A DNA stretch of 64,000 nt from Xanthobacteraceae bacterium. GTDB taxonomy: Bacteria > Pseudomonadota > Alphaproteobacteria > Rhizobiales > Xanthobacteraceae. Each line of letters starts with the position of its first letter. The stretch's first letter is position 1. The stretch spans positions 7,638-71,637 of the forward strand of contig DATJVR010000034.1 in the NCBI GenBank assembly GCA_035501735.1, written 5' to 3'. This document shows, one piece after another, positions 1 through 11,055 of the stretch. A program made the position numbers and the translations under genes. Under the pieces are notes generated by a model, which worked only from the letters and a program-made list of their open reading frames with translations, did not search any database and was not told the origin of the DNA.

Positions 1-2
1 AC

Positions 3-932
3 GGCACGATCAAGCCGGAAGGCATCGAGCTCAACTATCTCACGCTGCAGCCGGCGGAGATTTTCTGGCGGATGCTGCAGTTCAAGGAATTCGATGCTTC
101 CGAGATGTCGTTATCAAACTATACGACGCTCGTGAGTGAAGGAAATCCGCCGTTCATCGCGCTGCCGGCCTTTCCGTCGCGCGTATTCCGCCACGGCTAT
201 TTCTTCATCAATACCGCGAAGGGCATTCGGAGCGGCGCGGATTTGAAGGGAAAACGCGGCGGCGTGCCGGAATACAGCATGACGGCCGCGGTCTACATGC
301 GCGGGCTCATGCAGCACGAATTCGGCGTGAAGCCGAGCGACGTCGAATGGGTGCAGGGCCGTACCGACCGGTTGGGCCGCAAGCTGCCGGCGGATGTGAA
401 GCTCACGCAGGCTCCGGCCGGCGCCGAGCTTGGCGATCTGCTCGAGCGCGGGGAGATCGATTTTCTGATCACCGCCAACAATCCGCTGTCATTCCGGCGC
501 GGTGCAAAGAACGTGCAGCGGCTGTTTCCGAACTACGCCGAGATGGAGAAAGACTACTACCGGCGCACGAAGATCTATCCGATCATGCACACGGTGGTGA
601 TCCGACGCGACATCTACGAGCGCGATCCGTGGGTGGCTACGAGCCTCTACAAGGCGCTCTGCCTGGCGAAGGAACATTGCTACCAGCATCTCATGGAAAC
701 CGGTTCGCCGAAAGCGTCGTTCGCCTGGCTGCAGCCGATGATCGAGGAGGAGCAGTCGATCTTCGGTCGTGACTGGTATCCTTACGGTATCGCGCAGAAC
801 AAGCCCTCGATCGAGGCGCTGCTGCAGTATACCCACGAACAGGGCTTATCGGCGCGGCGGCTCAAGATCGAGGATTTGTTCGCGTCGAGCACGATGCGCG
901 ACATTCCGCTCAGCGAGGGGCAGAAAGTGTAG
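3..932 (+). CDS. NMT1/THI5-fold protein of the family usually annotated 4,5-dihydroxyphthalate decarboxylase; 5' end is outside the window
   Basis: The frame of listed ORF 72..932 stays open to the left edge (GTIKPEGIELNYLTLQPAEIFWRMLQF...). Motifs PAFPSRVFRH, GVPEY and KIYPIMHTVVIRRD match my memory of this family. Confidence 0.7.
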   Translation, partial: GTIKPEGIELNYLTLQPAEIFWRMLQFKEFDASEMSLSNYTTLVSEGNPPFIALPAFPSRVFRHGYFFINTAKGIRSGADLKGKRGGVPEYSMTAAVYMRGLMQHEFGVKPSDVEWVQGRTDRLGRKLPADVKLTQAPAGAELGDLLERGEIDFLITANNPLSFRRGAKNVQRLFPNYAEMEKDYYRRTKIYPIMHTVVIRRDIYERDPWVATSLYKALCLAKEHCYQHLMETGSPKASFAWLQPMIEEEQSIFGRDWYPYGIAQNKPSIEALLQYTHEQGLSARRLKIEDLFASSTMRDIPLSEGQKV

Positions 933-999
933 AGGCGTCAATAAAAAAGTTCATGGTTGCGTAATTCGCGCTCATGTGGACCGACCAAAAGAGGCTCGC

Positions 1000-3336
1000 T
1001 CAGACCGATGATCGGACACCGTTCCGCATCGCCCGCCACACGCGCAGGGGCGTTGCCGGCATTTCGACGTCGGTGACGCCGTAATCCTGGAGCGCATCGA
1101 CAATCGCATTGATGACGGTCGGAGGCGCGGCGACAGTGCCGGATTCGCCTGCGCCCTTCACCCCGATTGGATTGCTGCGGCAGCGGTCCGGCAGTTCGTG
1201 CAGATCGAAGCCGGGCAGGTCTTCGGCGCGCGGCATGCAATAGTCCATGAACGAACCCGACAAGGGCTGGCCGGACTCCGGTTCGTATTCGATCTTCTCC
1301 AGCAGCGCCTGGCCGATGCCCATGGCGAGCCCGCCGTGGATCTGGCCCTCGAACAGCAGCGGATTGATGATGACGCCGGAATCGTCGACGGCGGTGTAGC
1401 GTGCAAGCTCGACGCGGCCGGTGTCCGGGTCGACCTCGACTTCGCAGATGTGACAGCCGTTGGCGAAATTCGGCCGGGCCGGCGTGAATGTGCCGACGGC
1501 TTCGAGGCCGACGCCAAATTCAGCCGGCCAGCCGACCGGCGCAAACGTACGTTTGACGAGATCGACGAGGCGGATTGATTTGTCGGTGCCGACGACGGTG
1601 AATTTTCCTTCGGCGAAGGTGATGTCGCCGGCTGCAGCTTCGAGAATGTGGGCGGCCATCTTCTTGCCCTTCTCGATCAGCACATCGGCGGCGTTCTTCA
1701 GAGCGGAACCACCGATGGTCATGCTGCGCGAACCGTAGGTGCCGCGGCCGAAGCCGACCTGATCGGTGTCGCCCTGGATCATGCGGATTGTGGCGAAATC
1801 CACGCCTAGCCAGTCGGCGACCATCTGCGCGTAAACGGTTTCGTGGCCCTGGCCGTGGCTGTGGGTGCCGGAAACGATCGTGACTGTGGCGTTCTCGTCG
1901 AATCGTATTTCCATGCGGTCGTTGAACGGGCCGCAGATCTCCATGAAAAAAGCCATGCCGCGTCCGCGCAGCTTGCCGCTTTTCTTCGACTCCGCGCGTC
2001 GTTTGGCAAAACCCCGGAGGTCGGCGGCTGCGAGCGCCATATCCATCACGGCCTCGTAGTTTGCGGCGTCATGCACGAGCATAAGCGGCGTTTGGTAGGG
2101 GACAGATGGCGCCGTGATGTAGTTGCGCCGGCGCAATTCAGCAGGGTCGATGCTCAGTTCGCGCGCCGCCTGATCGACAAGGCGCTCCATCACGTAAACT
2201 GCTTCCGGCTTGCCGGCGCCGCGATAGGGGCCCGTGGGAGTCGTGTGCGTATAGACGGCGCGCAGGCTGATATGTGCGGCCGGAATCGCGTACACATTGG
2301 TATAGGCCATTGAGCCCAGGCCGGCCGGTACGGCGGCGCTGGCCGAAAGATAAGCGCCTTGTGCGTAATCGGTTGACACGCGCAGGCCGATGAATTTTCC
2401 GCCGGCGTCGAGCGCGAGCGAGGCCTCGCTGACGCAATCCCGGCCGTGGCTGTCGCTGACGATGGCCTCGGCGCGGTCGGAGACCCATTTGACCGGGCGA
2501 TTGATCTTGCGGGCGGCCCAGACCACAAGCGCGTCCTCGGGATAGACGCCGCCCTTCATGCCGAAGCCGCCGCCGACATCGGCGGAGACGACACGAAAGT
2601 TCACCTCCGGTTCATGGAAGATGGCGCCGGCCAGAACCGCGCGCATCTTGTGCGGTACCTGCGAGGAACTGTAGAGCGTTGAACGTCCGGTTGCAGCGTC
2701 ATGCATTCCGAGCGACGTGCGCGCCTCCATGGAATTAGCGGACAGGCGATTGTTGACAATGCGCAACGATACTGTGTGAGCGGCACTATTGAATGCGGCG
2801 TCGGTCTTTGCCTTGTCGCCGCGCTCCATGGCGAACCAGATGTTATTGGGCGCGCTGTCCCACACCAGTGGGGAGCCGGGCTTGGCAGCTTGATCGGTTA
2901 CGATTGCGGCGGGCAGTTCCTCATAGTCAACGCGAATGAGTTCGGCCGCATCGCGGGCCTGGTTCAAGGACTCGGCAACCACGAAGGCCACCGGATCGCC
3001 GACGTGCCGCACACGGTCATGCGGCAAGATCGGGTGAAGACCCATGAAGGCTTTCAGTGGGCCGCCGAAGGCGATCGGAGGGGCGCCGCAGGGAAGATTG
3101 CCGAGATTCTCAGCTTTGACGTCGGTGCCGGTCAGCACTGCAAGAACGCCGGGCGACATTTTGGCCTTGGCGACATCAATCGATTTTATAAGGGCGTGCG
3201 CGTGCGGCGACCGCAGCACGTAGCCGTATGCCAGGTATGGCGGTGCGAAGTCGTCGGTGTAGCGGCCGCTGCCCTTGAGAAAGCGCGGATCCTCCGTCCG
3301 CGGCACCGGCTGCCCGATCCCGAATTTCATCTGCAT
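1000..3336 (-). CDS. molybdopterin-binding large subunit of a xanthine dehydrogenase / CoxL-like molybdo-hydroxylase
   Basis: 778-aa ORF with N-terminal GQPVPRTEDPRFLKGSGRYTDD, loop GPYRGAGKPE and C-terminal NPIGVKGAGESG, all typical of the family. Confidence 0.85.
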   Translation of the reverse strand: MQMKFGIGQPVPRTEDPRFLKGSGRYTDDFAPPYLAYGYVLRSPHAHALIKSIDVAKAKMSPGVLAVLTGTDVKAENLGNLPCGAPPIAFGGPLKAFMGLHPILPHDRVRHVGDPVAFVVAESLNQARDAAELIRVDYEELPAAIVTDQAAKPGSPLVWDSAPNNIWFAMERGDKAKTDAAFNSAAHTVSLRIVNNRLSANSMEARTSLGMHDAATGRSTLYSSSQVPHKMRAVLAGAIFHEPEVNFRVVSADVGGGFGMKGGVYPEDALVVWAARKINRPVKWVSDRAEAIVSDSHGRDCVSEASLALDAGGKFIGLRVSTDYAQGAYLSASAAVPAGLGSMAYTNVYAIPAAHISLRAVYTHTTPTGPYRGAGKPEAVYVMERLVDQAARELSIDPAELRRRNYITAPSVPYQTPLMLVHDAANYEAVMDMALAAADLRGFAKRRAESKKSGKLRGRGMAFFMEICGPFNDRMEIRFDENATVTIVSGTHSHGQGHETVYAQMVADWLGVDFATIRMIQGDTDQVGFGRGTYGSRSMTIGGSALKNAADVLIEKGKKMAAHILEAAAGDITFAEGKFTVVGTDKSIRLVDLVKRTFAPVGWPAEFGVGLEAVGTFTPARPNFANGCHICEVEVDPDTGRVELARYTAVDDSGVIINPLLFEGQIHGGLAMGIGQALLEKIEYEPESGQPLSGSFMDYCMPRAEDLPGFDLHELPDRCRSNPIGVKGAGESGTVAAPPTVINAIVDALQDYGVTDVEMPATPLRVWRAMRNGVRSSV

Positions 3337-3467
3337 CTCCTGGCTGCAACGTCGCGATTATCCATCTGAGAATATCGGGGAGAGTGCGTCAACCGCCTGC
3401 CGTGCGCGGCGGGCTTGAGCCGCATTACGCTTGCGCCCTATCATGGCAACGACCAGTGGGGTCCGTG

Positions 3468-4343
3468 ATGGAATCGACAGACATTTCCGCTGCTGCCGTC
3501 CCAAAGTCCGTACCTGCGCGGGTGGCGACGCGGCCGCTTTCACCGGCCCTTGGCGCCGAGATCATCGGTGTCGATCTGCGCGAAGAGCTGGATGATGCGC
3601 GATTTGCGGGGATCTTGCAGGCTTGGCATGAAAACCTGGTCATTCTGTTGCGGGACCAGCAACTGACTGAGGACGATCAGGTCCGGTTCGCCCAACGGTT
3701 CGGACCGCTGGCGACCATCCATACCCCGCAATTCGTGCGCAACCACCCGGCCGTGATGCTGATCTCAAACATCCGCAAGGACGGCAAGCCGATCGGCGCG
3801 CTGCCTGACGGCGAAATGCATTTCCATACCGACCAGTGCCACCAGGAAAAGCCGGCGCGCGCCTCGATGCTGTACGCCCTCGAAGTGCCGAGCAAAGGCG
3901 GCGATACGCTGTTCGCCAATGGCTATATGGCCTACGAAACCCTGCCGGCAGCCATCAAGGGGCGGATCGAGGGTCGCAAAGCGCTCAACGCCTATGACTA
4001 CGACAATGCCGCAACGTTACGCGCGGCGCGGCTGGCGCCGGGCGTGCCGTCGTGCGTGCATCCGGTGGTGCGAACCCATCCGGTCACCGGCCGCAAGGCC
4101 CTCTACGTCAACCGACTGATGACGGTGCGGATCGAAGGGCTGCCGGAAGCCGAAAGCGAAGAACTGCTGAACTTCTTGTTCGACCATCAGGAGAAGCCGG
4201 AATTCATCTATTCGCATGTCTGGCGTCCGGGCGACCTGCTGATGTGGGACAACCGCTGCACGCTCCACGCTCGCACGGATTTCAGCGCCACCGAGCGGCG
4301 GCTGATGCGGCGCGTGACCATCATGGGCGAAAAGCCAATATGA
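3468..4343 (+). CDS. TauD/TfdA-family Fe(II)/2-oxoglutarate-dependent dioxygenase
   Basis: ORF 3384..4343, with the ATG at 3468 preferred. It has the HFHTD facial-triad motif, a distal His in CTLHARTD and the RRLMRRVTI tail. Confidence 0.8.
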   Translation: MESTDISAAAVPKSVPARVATRPLSPALGAEIIGVDLREELDDARFAGILQAWHENLVILLRDQQLTEDDQVRFAQRFGPLATIHTPQFVRNHPAVMLISNIRKDGKPIGALPDGEMHFHTDQCHQEKPARASMLYALEVPSKGGDTLFANGYMAYETLPAAIKGRIEGRKALNAYDYDNAATLRAARLAPGVPSCVHPVVRTHPVTGRKALYVNRLMTVRIEGLPEAESEELLNFLFDHQEKPEFIYSHVWRPGDLLMWDNRCTLHARTDFSATERRLMRRVTIMGEKPI

Positions 4344-4409
4344 GCGCCGCGTTTTGAACGGCAACTCCGATCATTTCAGCAAGATCATCATGTAGGCACT
4401 GAGGGTGAA

Positions 4410-6728
4410 ATGGGTGAATTCGCGATCGGTCAGTCGGTTTCGCGGTTCGAGGATCCGCGATTGCTCAGAGGAGGCGGGCGCTATGTGGACGACATCGTGC
4501 TGCCCGGCATGGCGTTCGGGAATGTGCTGCGGTCGCCGCACGCGCACGCGCGCATACGCAAGATCGACACGACCGCAGCAAAGGTCGCACCGGGTGTCCT
4601 GGCAGTGCTCACGGGGGCCGACTGGGCCGCCTCGGGCTGGGGCGATTTGCCGGTACCGGGCGGCATGAAGCGCCGCGACGGTTCGCCCAATTATAAGCCG
4701 CGCTATCCGGCACTGGTGAAGGATCGCGTACGCTGGGTCGGCGACTACGTGGCCTTCGTGGTGGCGGAAACCAAGCATCAGGCCGCCGATGCGGCCGAAC
4801 TGATCGAAGTGGACTACGAGCCGCTGCCTGCCGCGATCGGCACTGCGAATGCGGCCAAGCCTGGCGTGCCGCTGGTGTGGGAGGATTGCAAGGACAACAC
4901 CTGCTTCGTGCAAATCCACGGCGACAGGGCGGCGACCGATGCCGCCTTCGCGAAGGCCGCACACGTGGTCAAGCAGCACCTCGTGATCAATCGCGTGACC
5001 ACCGCTTCGATGGAGCCGCGCGGCTCGATCGGCGACTATGATGCCGCTGCCGATCACTACACGATCTACACCACGCTGCAGCGGGCGCATCCTTATCGCG
5101 CCGAGCTTGCGAAATTCGTGCTCAAGGTCCCCGAGCACAAGGTGCGGGTGGTTGCTGGTGACATCGGCGGCAGCTTCGGCATGAAATCGGCGATCTACAA
5201 TGAAGTGGCACTGGTGCTGCTCGGCTCGAAGCTGACGGGGCGGCCGGTGAAGTGGATGAGCACGCGCTCGGAAGCATTCTTGAGCGACGCACAGGCGCGC
5301 GACAACGTCACGGACGCCGAGCTTGCGCTCGACAGGGATGGCATGTTCTTGGGCTTGCGGGTGTTCTCGACCGTCAACGCGGGCGCCTATCTGCAAACAG
5401 GTTTCCAAGCCTACACCGGCAATCTCGGCACGCTCGCCGGTGTCTATCGCACGCCCGCCATGTATGTGGAGTCGACGGCGGTATTCACGCACACGCATCC
5501 GTGCCGACCCTATCGCGGCAACGGAAGGCCCGAGGCGGCCTACGTGATCGAGCGGATGGTCGATCTCGCGGCCGCTGAATTGAAGATGGAGCCGGCCGAG
5601 ATCAGGCGGAAGAACTACATCGCGCCGGAAGCGATGCCGTTCAAAACCAGCCTCACGTTCACCTATGATTCCGGCGAGTTCGAGAAGAGCATGGACATGG
5701 CGCTCAAGCTCGCTGATGTGGCGGGCTTCCCAAAGCGGCGTGCGGAGTCGAAGAAGCGCGGCATGCTGCGGGGCCTGGGCATTTCCAACACGATCGAGCG
5801 CGCGGCAGCGGCGGGATTTGAAGGCGCCGAAATCCGCTTCGATCGCTCCGGCACGGTCACGATGCTGTCAGGCAGCATCAACCAGGGCCAGGGTCACGAG
5901 ACCGTGCTCAAGCAGATCGTCGCCGACCGGCTCGGCATCCATCCGAACGACATCGAGTATCTGCAGGGCGACACCGACAAGGTGTTCTTCGGCGAAGGCA
6001 CCGGCGGATCGCGTTCCGCGACAATGTCGGGCTCGGCGTTCCATAACGCTTCCGACAAGATCGTCGGCAAGGCCAAGGTCATCGCCGCGCACAATCTCAA
6101 GGTGGATGTCGCCGATGTGAAGTTCGCCGACGGCATCTTTTCCAGCACCAAGACCAACCAGACGATCACCATCAAGGAGGTCGCGGAAGCTGCGGTGAAC
6201 CCGGCAAAGATGCCAAAGAACCTGGAGATCGGTCTCAACGCCAATGCGGTCTATACCGCGCCGGTGGAGAATTTCCCAAACGGCTGCCACATCTGCGAGG
6301 TCGAGATCGATCCCGATACCGGCCACGTCGAGATCGTGCGCTATAGCGTAGTGGATGATGTCGGCACGGTGCTAAACCCGCTGCTGCTCAAGGGACAGAT
6401 CGTCGGCGGCGTGGCGCAGGGCGCCGGCCAGATCCTCAAAGAGGACATTGCCTTCGATACCGCAGGCCAACTCGTCACCGGCTCGTTCATGGATTACGCC
6501 ATGCCGCGCGCGAGCGACTTCTCTCCGATCGAAGTGAAGAGCAATCCGGTGCCCACGAAAACCAATCCACTCGGCACCAAAGGCGCGGGCGAGGCCGGCT
6601 GCGTCGGCGCGCTGCCGGCGGTGGCCAATGCGCTCGTCAATGCCTTGTCGGAATACGGCGTCCGTCACATCGAAATGCCGGCAACACCGGAACGGGTGTG
6701 GCGCGCGATGCGGAATGGACGCAGATAA
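4410..6728 (+). CDS. second xanthine dehydrogenase / CoxL-like molybdopterin-binding large subunit (paralog of 1000..3336)
   Basis: 772-aa ORF with GQSVSRFEDPRLLRGGGRYVDD, RPYRGNGRPE and NPLGTKGAGEAG. GAGGG lies just upstream of the ATG at 4410. Confidence 0.85.
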   Translation: MGEFAIGQSVSRFEDPRLLRGGGRYVDDIVLPGMAFGNVLRSPHAHARIRKIDTTAAKVAPGVLAVLTGADWAASGWGDLPVPGGMKRRDGSPNYKPRYPALVKDRVRWVGDYVAFVVAETKHQAADAAELIEVDYEPLPAAIGTANAAKPGVPLVWEDCKDNTCFVQIHGDRAATDAAFAKAAHVVKQHLVINRVTTASMEPRGSIGDYDAAADHYTIYTTLQRAHPYRAELAKFVLKVPEHKVRVVAGDIGGSFGMKSAIYNEVALVLLGSKLTGRPVKWMSTRSEAFLSDAQARDNVTDAELALDRDGMFLGLRVFSTVNAGAYLQTGFQAYTGNLGTLAGVYRTPAMYVESTAVFTHTHPCRPYRGNGRPEAAYVIERMVDLAAAELKMEPAEIRRKNYIAPEAMPFKTSLTFTYDSGEFEKSMDMALKLADVAGFPKRRAESKKRGMLRGLGISNTIERAAAAGFEGAEIRFDRSGTVTMLSGSINQGQGHETVLKQIVADRLGIHPNDIEYLQGDTDKVFFGEGTGGSRSATMSGSAFHNASDKIVGKAKVIAAHNLKVDVADVKFADGIFSSTKTNQTITIKEVAEAAVNPAKMPKNLEIGLNANAVYTAPVENFPNGCHICEVEIDPDTGHVEIVRYSVVDDVGTVLNPLLLKGQIVGGVAQGAGQILKEDIAFDTAGQLVTGSFMDYAMPRASDFSPIEVKSNPVPTKTNPLGTKGAGEAGCVGALPAVANALVNALSEYGVRHIEMPATPERVWRAMRNGRR

Positions 6729-6732
6729 GGAG

Positions 6733-6807
6733 TGGCTCCCCGGGCCGGATTCGAACCAGCGACCAACCGGTTAACAGCCGGTTGCTCTACCGCTGAGCTA
6801 CCGGGGA
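6733..6807 (-). tRNA. tRNA-Asn (anticodon GTT), CCA encoded
   Basis: The reverse complement reads TCCCCGGTAGCTCAGCGGTAGAGCAACCGGCTGTTAACCGGTTGGTCGCTGGTTCGAATCCGGCCCGGGGAGCCA. It has a 7-bp acceptor stem, anticodon loop CTGTTAA and a GGTTCGAATCC T-arm. Confidence 0.9.
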
Positions 6808-7119
6808 ACACGAAGCACGACGATAGGGCGCGTATAACAAAGGCTTTGCGCCTTGCCTAGCGCGCCCGATTTTAAGGGCGCCGATTGTAACGTACGATTC
6901 ACCGAAAGCTTTGAGATTTCGTTCGCGGGGCCGCGCACGGCGCTTTCGGGGGCCCGCCATTCGGCCTCACTGTGCCGCTTTTCGTAGATATATCATTGCA
7001 GGGTGTCTTGACGCTTCGCTAAATAAAGCGGCGGAATTGCCGTTTTCTAACCTCAGCAAGTCATCGAATCGTTACGAAACGTAGCGATCATCACGCCCGG
7101 GATTTTGTGGCCATCGGTC

Positions 7120-9342
7120 ATGTCTGAAAGCAGCCAAGTCATTGTCTTGAAAGAGGAAACTTCGCGCTCGTCCGGACCCGAGGGGGGCGCGCGGGCGGCC
7201 GTGCCGCTCGACCTTTCGACCGGATCGGACCGCTTTATCAACCGAGAGTTGTCTTGGCTGCACTTTAATCGCCGCGTGCTGGAGGAATCCGCCAACGAGG
7301 GCCATCCGCTGCTCGAGCGGCTGCGTTTTCTCTCGATTTCGGCCAATAACCTCGACGAGTTTTTCATGGTCCGCGTCGCCGGCCTCAAGGGCCAGGTGCG
7401 CGCCGGAATTACCACGAAGAGTCCCGATGGGCTGTCTCCCAGCGAACAGCTAGCGCGCATTACCGAAGCGGTCGCTGTGCTGGCGAGCGATCAGCAGAAT
7501 CAGTGGCGCGAGCTGCGCGAGGCGCTCGCGGAGAAGGGCTTGGTGCTGATCGACGGTCCCGATGTGACGAAGGCGGACAAAGCCTGGATCGAGGATTATT
7601 TCCTGCGCAACATCTATCCGGTGCTCACGCCGCTTGCGATCGATCCGGCGCATCCATTCCCATTCATCCCCAACCTGGGCTTTACGATCGCGCTTCATCT
7701 TGTGCGGTCCGGCGACGGCAAGGCGATGAACGCATTGATCCGCGTGCCGCATAAGGTCGAGCGTTTCATCAGTCTGCCGCAGGTCGCGGATGCAGGCGTG
7801 ACGAGGCTGATCACGCTCGAACAGGTGACCGGCCTGTTCATCGGGCGGCTGTTCCCCGGCTATATCGTCAAGGGCCAGGGCGCGTTTCGTGTTGTCCGCG
7901 ATTCGGAAATCGAAATCGAGGAAGAGGCGGAAGATCTTGTGCGGCTGTTCGAGAACGTCCTCAAGCGAAGGCGCCGCGGGTCGGTCATCAGGCTTGAGCT
8001 CGAGGCGGCGGCCCCCGCCGAGCTAAGGCGCTTTGTCCAGCGGGCGCTCGGTGTTGCCGACGACGAATTGTTTCTGGTCGATGGGGTGCTAGCGCTCAAT
8101 GAGCTTGCACAGATCGTCAATTTGGATCGGCCGGACTTGAAGTTCGTCCCGTACAATCCGCGGTTCCCCGAACGTATCCGTGATCACAACGGCGATTGCT
8201 TCGCGGCCATTCGGCAAAAGGACCTGATCGTTCATCATCCCTATGAATCGTTCGACGTGGTGGTGCAGTTCCTGCAGCAGGCCGCGCGCGATCCGGAAGT
8301 GGTCGCGATCAAGCAGACGCTCTATCGCACCTCGGCGGAATCGCCGATCGTCAAGGCCTTGGCGGAAGCGGCCGAGGCCGGGAAGTCGGTGACGGCGCTG
8401 GTCGAGCTCAAGGCGCGATTCGACGAAGAAGCCAACATCCGCTGGTCGCGCGACCTCGAGCGGGCGGGCGTGCAGGTCGTATTTGGTTTCATCGAACTGA
8501 AAACCCACGGCAAGCTTTCGCTTGTGGTGCGCCGGGAAGGCGGCGCACTTGCGACTTACGTGCACGTCGGCACCGGCAACTATCATCCGGTAACAGCGAG
8601 AGTCTATACGGATCTGTCTTTCTTCACGTCCGATCCGGTGATCGCGCGCGATGTCGGCCGTGTATTCAACTTCATCACCGGCTATGCCGAACCGGCGGAA
8701 CTGGAAAAGCTTGCGATCTCGCCGGTCAACCTGCGCACGCGCATCCGCAATCATATCACGCAGGAAATCGCGCATGCCAAAGCGGGGCGGCCGGCGGCGA
8801 TCTGGATGAAGATGAATGCGCTGGTGGATCCGGAGATCATCGACGATCTCTATGCGGCCTCGCGCGCCGGGGTCCAGGTCGATCTCGTGGTGCGTGGAAT
8901 CTGCTGCCTGCGGCCCGGCCTGCCGGGCCTGTCGGAGAATATCCGGGTCAAGTCAATCATCGGCCGCTTCCTCGAGCATGGCCGCATCTATTGCTTCGGC
9001 GCGGGCAATGGCCTGCCGCACGCAAAGGCGGCGGTCTATATTTCCTCCGCCGACATGATGCCGCGCAACCTCGATCGCCGCGTCGAGGTGCTCTGCCCGA
9101 TTCTCAATCCGACCGTGCACGAGCAGGTGCTCGACCAGATCATGGTCGCAAACTTCAAGGATAACGAGCAAAGTTGGAAGCTCTTGCCGGATGGCACGTC
9201 GATCCGTATTAAGGCGGCGAACGGCGAGGAGCCGTTCAACGCCCATAAATACTTCATGACCAACCCGAGCCTGTCCGGACGTGGAAAGTCTCTCAAAGAA
9301 TCGTCTCCACGCAGTCTCGTTCGCCGGGCCGAACGGGCGTGA
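7120..9342 (+). CDS. ppk: polyphosphate kinase 1
   Basis: Contains [19 protein letters not shown] plus the full-length PPK1 architecture. The ATG at 7120 is preferred over the TTG at 7105. Confidence 0.9.
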   Translation: MSESSQVIVLKEETSRSSGPEGGARAAVPLDLSTGSDRFINRELSWLHFNRRVLEESANEGHPLLERLRFLSISANNLDEFFMVRVAGLKGQVRAGITTKSPDGLSPSEQLARITEAVAVLASDQQNQWRELREALAEKGLVLIDGPDVTKADKAWIEDYFLRNIYPVLTPLAIDPAHPFPFIPNLGFTIALHLVRSGDGKAMNALIRVPHKVERFISLPQVADAGVTRLITLEQVTGLFIGRLFPGYIVKGQGAFRVVRDSEIEIEEEAEDLVRLFENVLKRRRRGSVIRLELEAAAPAELRRFVQRALGVADDELFLVDGVLALNELAQIVNLDRPDLKFVPYNPRFPERIRDHNGDCFAAIRQKDLIVHHPYESFDVVVQFLQQAARDPEVVAIKQTLYRTSAESPIVKALAEAAEAGKSVTALVELKARFDEEANIRWSRDLERAGVQVVFGFIELKTHGKLSLVVRREGGALATYVHVGTGNYHPVTARVYTDLSFFTSDPVIARDVGRVFNFITGYAEPAELEKLAISPVNLRTRIRNHITQEIAHAKAGRPAAIWMKMNALVDPEIIDDLYAASRAGVQVDLVVRGICCLRPGLPGLSENIRVKSIIGRFLEHGRIYCFGAGNGLPHAKAAVYISSADMMPRNLDRRVEVLCPILNPTVHEQVLDQIMVANFKDNEQSWKLLPDGTSIRIKAANGEEPFNAHKYFMTNPSLSGRGKSLKESSPRSLVRRAERA

Positions 9343-9358
9343 TGCTCGACCACACACT

Positions 9359-10867
9359 ATGAATTTCGCCCAAGGGCGACTCGGTATCGGGCCGCCGATC
9401 GGCGTCATCGATATCGGGTCGAATTCGGTGCGCCTCGTAGTCTATGAGGGGCTCTCGCGCAGTCCGACCCCGCTGTTCAATGAAAAGATACTCGCCGGCC
9501 TTGGCCGTGAGGTGCAAAGCAAAGGTCTGCTGATGCCCGACGCGGTCGACAAGGCGCTGGAGGCGCTCAAGCGATTCCGCGCCTTGTGCGATGTCATGCG
9601 CGTCGAAGACCTTCATGTGGTCGCGACCGCGGCCGCACGAGAGGCCCGCAACGGCAAGGCTTTCGTCGCGGAGGCCGAGCGCCTCTGCCGGGTGAAGGTC
9701 GAGCTGATTTCCGGTGCGCGGGAAGCAAAGCTCACGGCCCTCGGAGTGGTATCCGGCTTTCATCGGCCCGACGGGTTGGTCGGCGACCTCGGCGGCGGTT
9801 CGCTCGAACTCGCCCGCGTGCAGGGTGCGCGTATCGGGATGGGCGCGACGTTGCCGCTCGGTGGGCTTGCACTCATTGATCGCTCGGATAAGTCGGTCAA
9901 AAAGGCGGAAAAGATCGTCAAGAATACGCTCAACAAGGTATCGCTGCTGAAATCCCTGAAAGGGCGCACGTTCTACGCGGTCGGCGGCACCTGGCGGTCG
10001 CTGGCGCGGCTGCACATGTGGCAGACCGGCTATCCGCTGCATGTCATGCACGGCTATGAAGTGCGCGCTAAAGAGGCGCTTGAATTTTCGCGGCTGGTGG
10101 GCCGTGTCAGTCCGGACACACTGTCGCAGATCGAGGTGGTCGCCGATGCCCGTCGGCCGCTGCTTGCCTATGCGGCGCTGGTGCTCGAACACATCGTCCG
10201 CAAGGGGGAGCCGAAAGAAGTCGTTTTCTCAGCGCTGGGCGTGCGCGAGGGTTTGCTCTACTCGTTGCTTGATGCAGAGGAGCGGAAAAGGGATCCGCTG
10301 ATCGCGGCCGCGGAAGACCTCAATCGGCTGCGATCGCGCTCGCCCGCGCATGGTTTGGAACTGATCGATTGGACCGACCGGTTCATGGCCTCGTCCGGCC
10401 TTGAGGAATCGCGGGATGAAAAGCGGTTGCGGCATGCGGCCTGCCTGCTCGCCGACATCGGGTGGCGCGCACATCCCGACTATCGCGGCGAGCAATCGCT
10501 CAATGTCATCGCGTATGCCGGATTTGTCGGGATCGACCATTCGGAACGTGCGTTCCTGGCGCTCTCGGTTTTTTTCCGCCATGTGGGCGTGATGCACGAC
10601 GAGGAGCTGTCACCGCGGTTACGCGAACTCGCCTCGACCCGCATGATCGATCGCGCCCGCGTGCTCGGCGCGGCGCTGCGGGTCGCCTATCTGGTTTCGG
10701 CATCACAGCCTGGTCTGCTCGCAAAGGCCCCGCTCAAGGTCGAAAAACGCCGTCTTGTCCTGCATCTCGAGGGAAAATATGCGTCACTTGCCGGGGATCG
10801 CGTGTTCTCGCGATTGAAGCAGCTCGCTCGCCTGATAGGTCGCGAACCCATGATCGCGACCCGGTGA
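9359..10867 (+). CDS. ppx: exopolyphosphatase (Ppx/GppA family)
   Basis: IGVIDIGSNSVRLVVYE and GDLGGGSLEL ASKHA-fold motifs. The ATG at 9359 lies 17 nt after the ppk stop. Confidence 0.85.
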   Translation: MNFAQGRLGIGPPIGVIDIGSNSVRLVVYEGLSRSPTPLFNEKILAGLGREVQSKGLLMPDAVDKALEALKRFRALCDVMRVEDLHVVATAAAREARNGKAFVAEAERLCRVKVELISGAREAKLTALGVVSGFHRPDGLVGDLGGGSLELARVQGARIGMGATLPLGGLALIDRSDKSVKKAEKIVKNTLNKVSLLKSLKGRTFYAVGGTWRSLARLHMWQTGYPLHVMHGYEVRAKEALEFSRLVGRVSPDTLSQIEVVADARRPLLAYAALVLEHIVRKGEPKEVVFSALGVREGLLYSLLDAEERKRDPLIAAAEDLNRLRSRSPAHGLELIDWTDRFMASSGLEESRDEKRLRHAACLLADIGWRAHPDYRGEQSLNVIAYAGFVGIDHSERAFLALSVFFRHVGVMHDEELSPRLRELASTRMIDRARVLGAALRVAYLVSASQPGLLAKAPLKVEKRRLVLHLEGKYASLAGDRVFSRLKQLARLIGREPMIATR

Positions 10868-11055
10868 TGGGCGCTTCCATGGCGGCTATTACGAGAGTAA
10901 TCGGCCCAATATACGGCTATGCGTCACCAACCTGCAATTCGGGCGGTGAATTATGACAATTATGTAACGGTAGCAGCCATTATATAGGTGCCAGACCGGG
11001 GGCATCCGTGTCTACTTAAGGGCAGTCCAGCGAAGCGTTATGTTCGAGTTGGTCG

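Noticed and set aside
4371-5498. Other long shadow ORFs: 4371..5498 (-), 15554..16729 (+), 22893..24023 (+), 44096..45127 (-), 51991..53328 (-), 54155..54991 (-), 54409..55281 (-), 18260..19431 (+)
   Set aside because: Each overlaps a confidently assigned gene on the opposite strand or in another frame. None has recognisable domains, and all have the skewed composition of GC-rich non-coding frames.
6733-7119. tRNA-Asn as an integration hotspot for a genomic island
   Set aside because: There is no integrase, no direct repeat of the tRNA 3' end and no mobility gene nearby. The adjacent 300 nt simply precede ppk.
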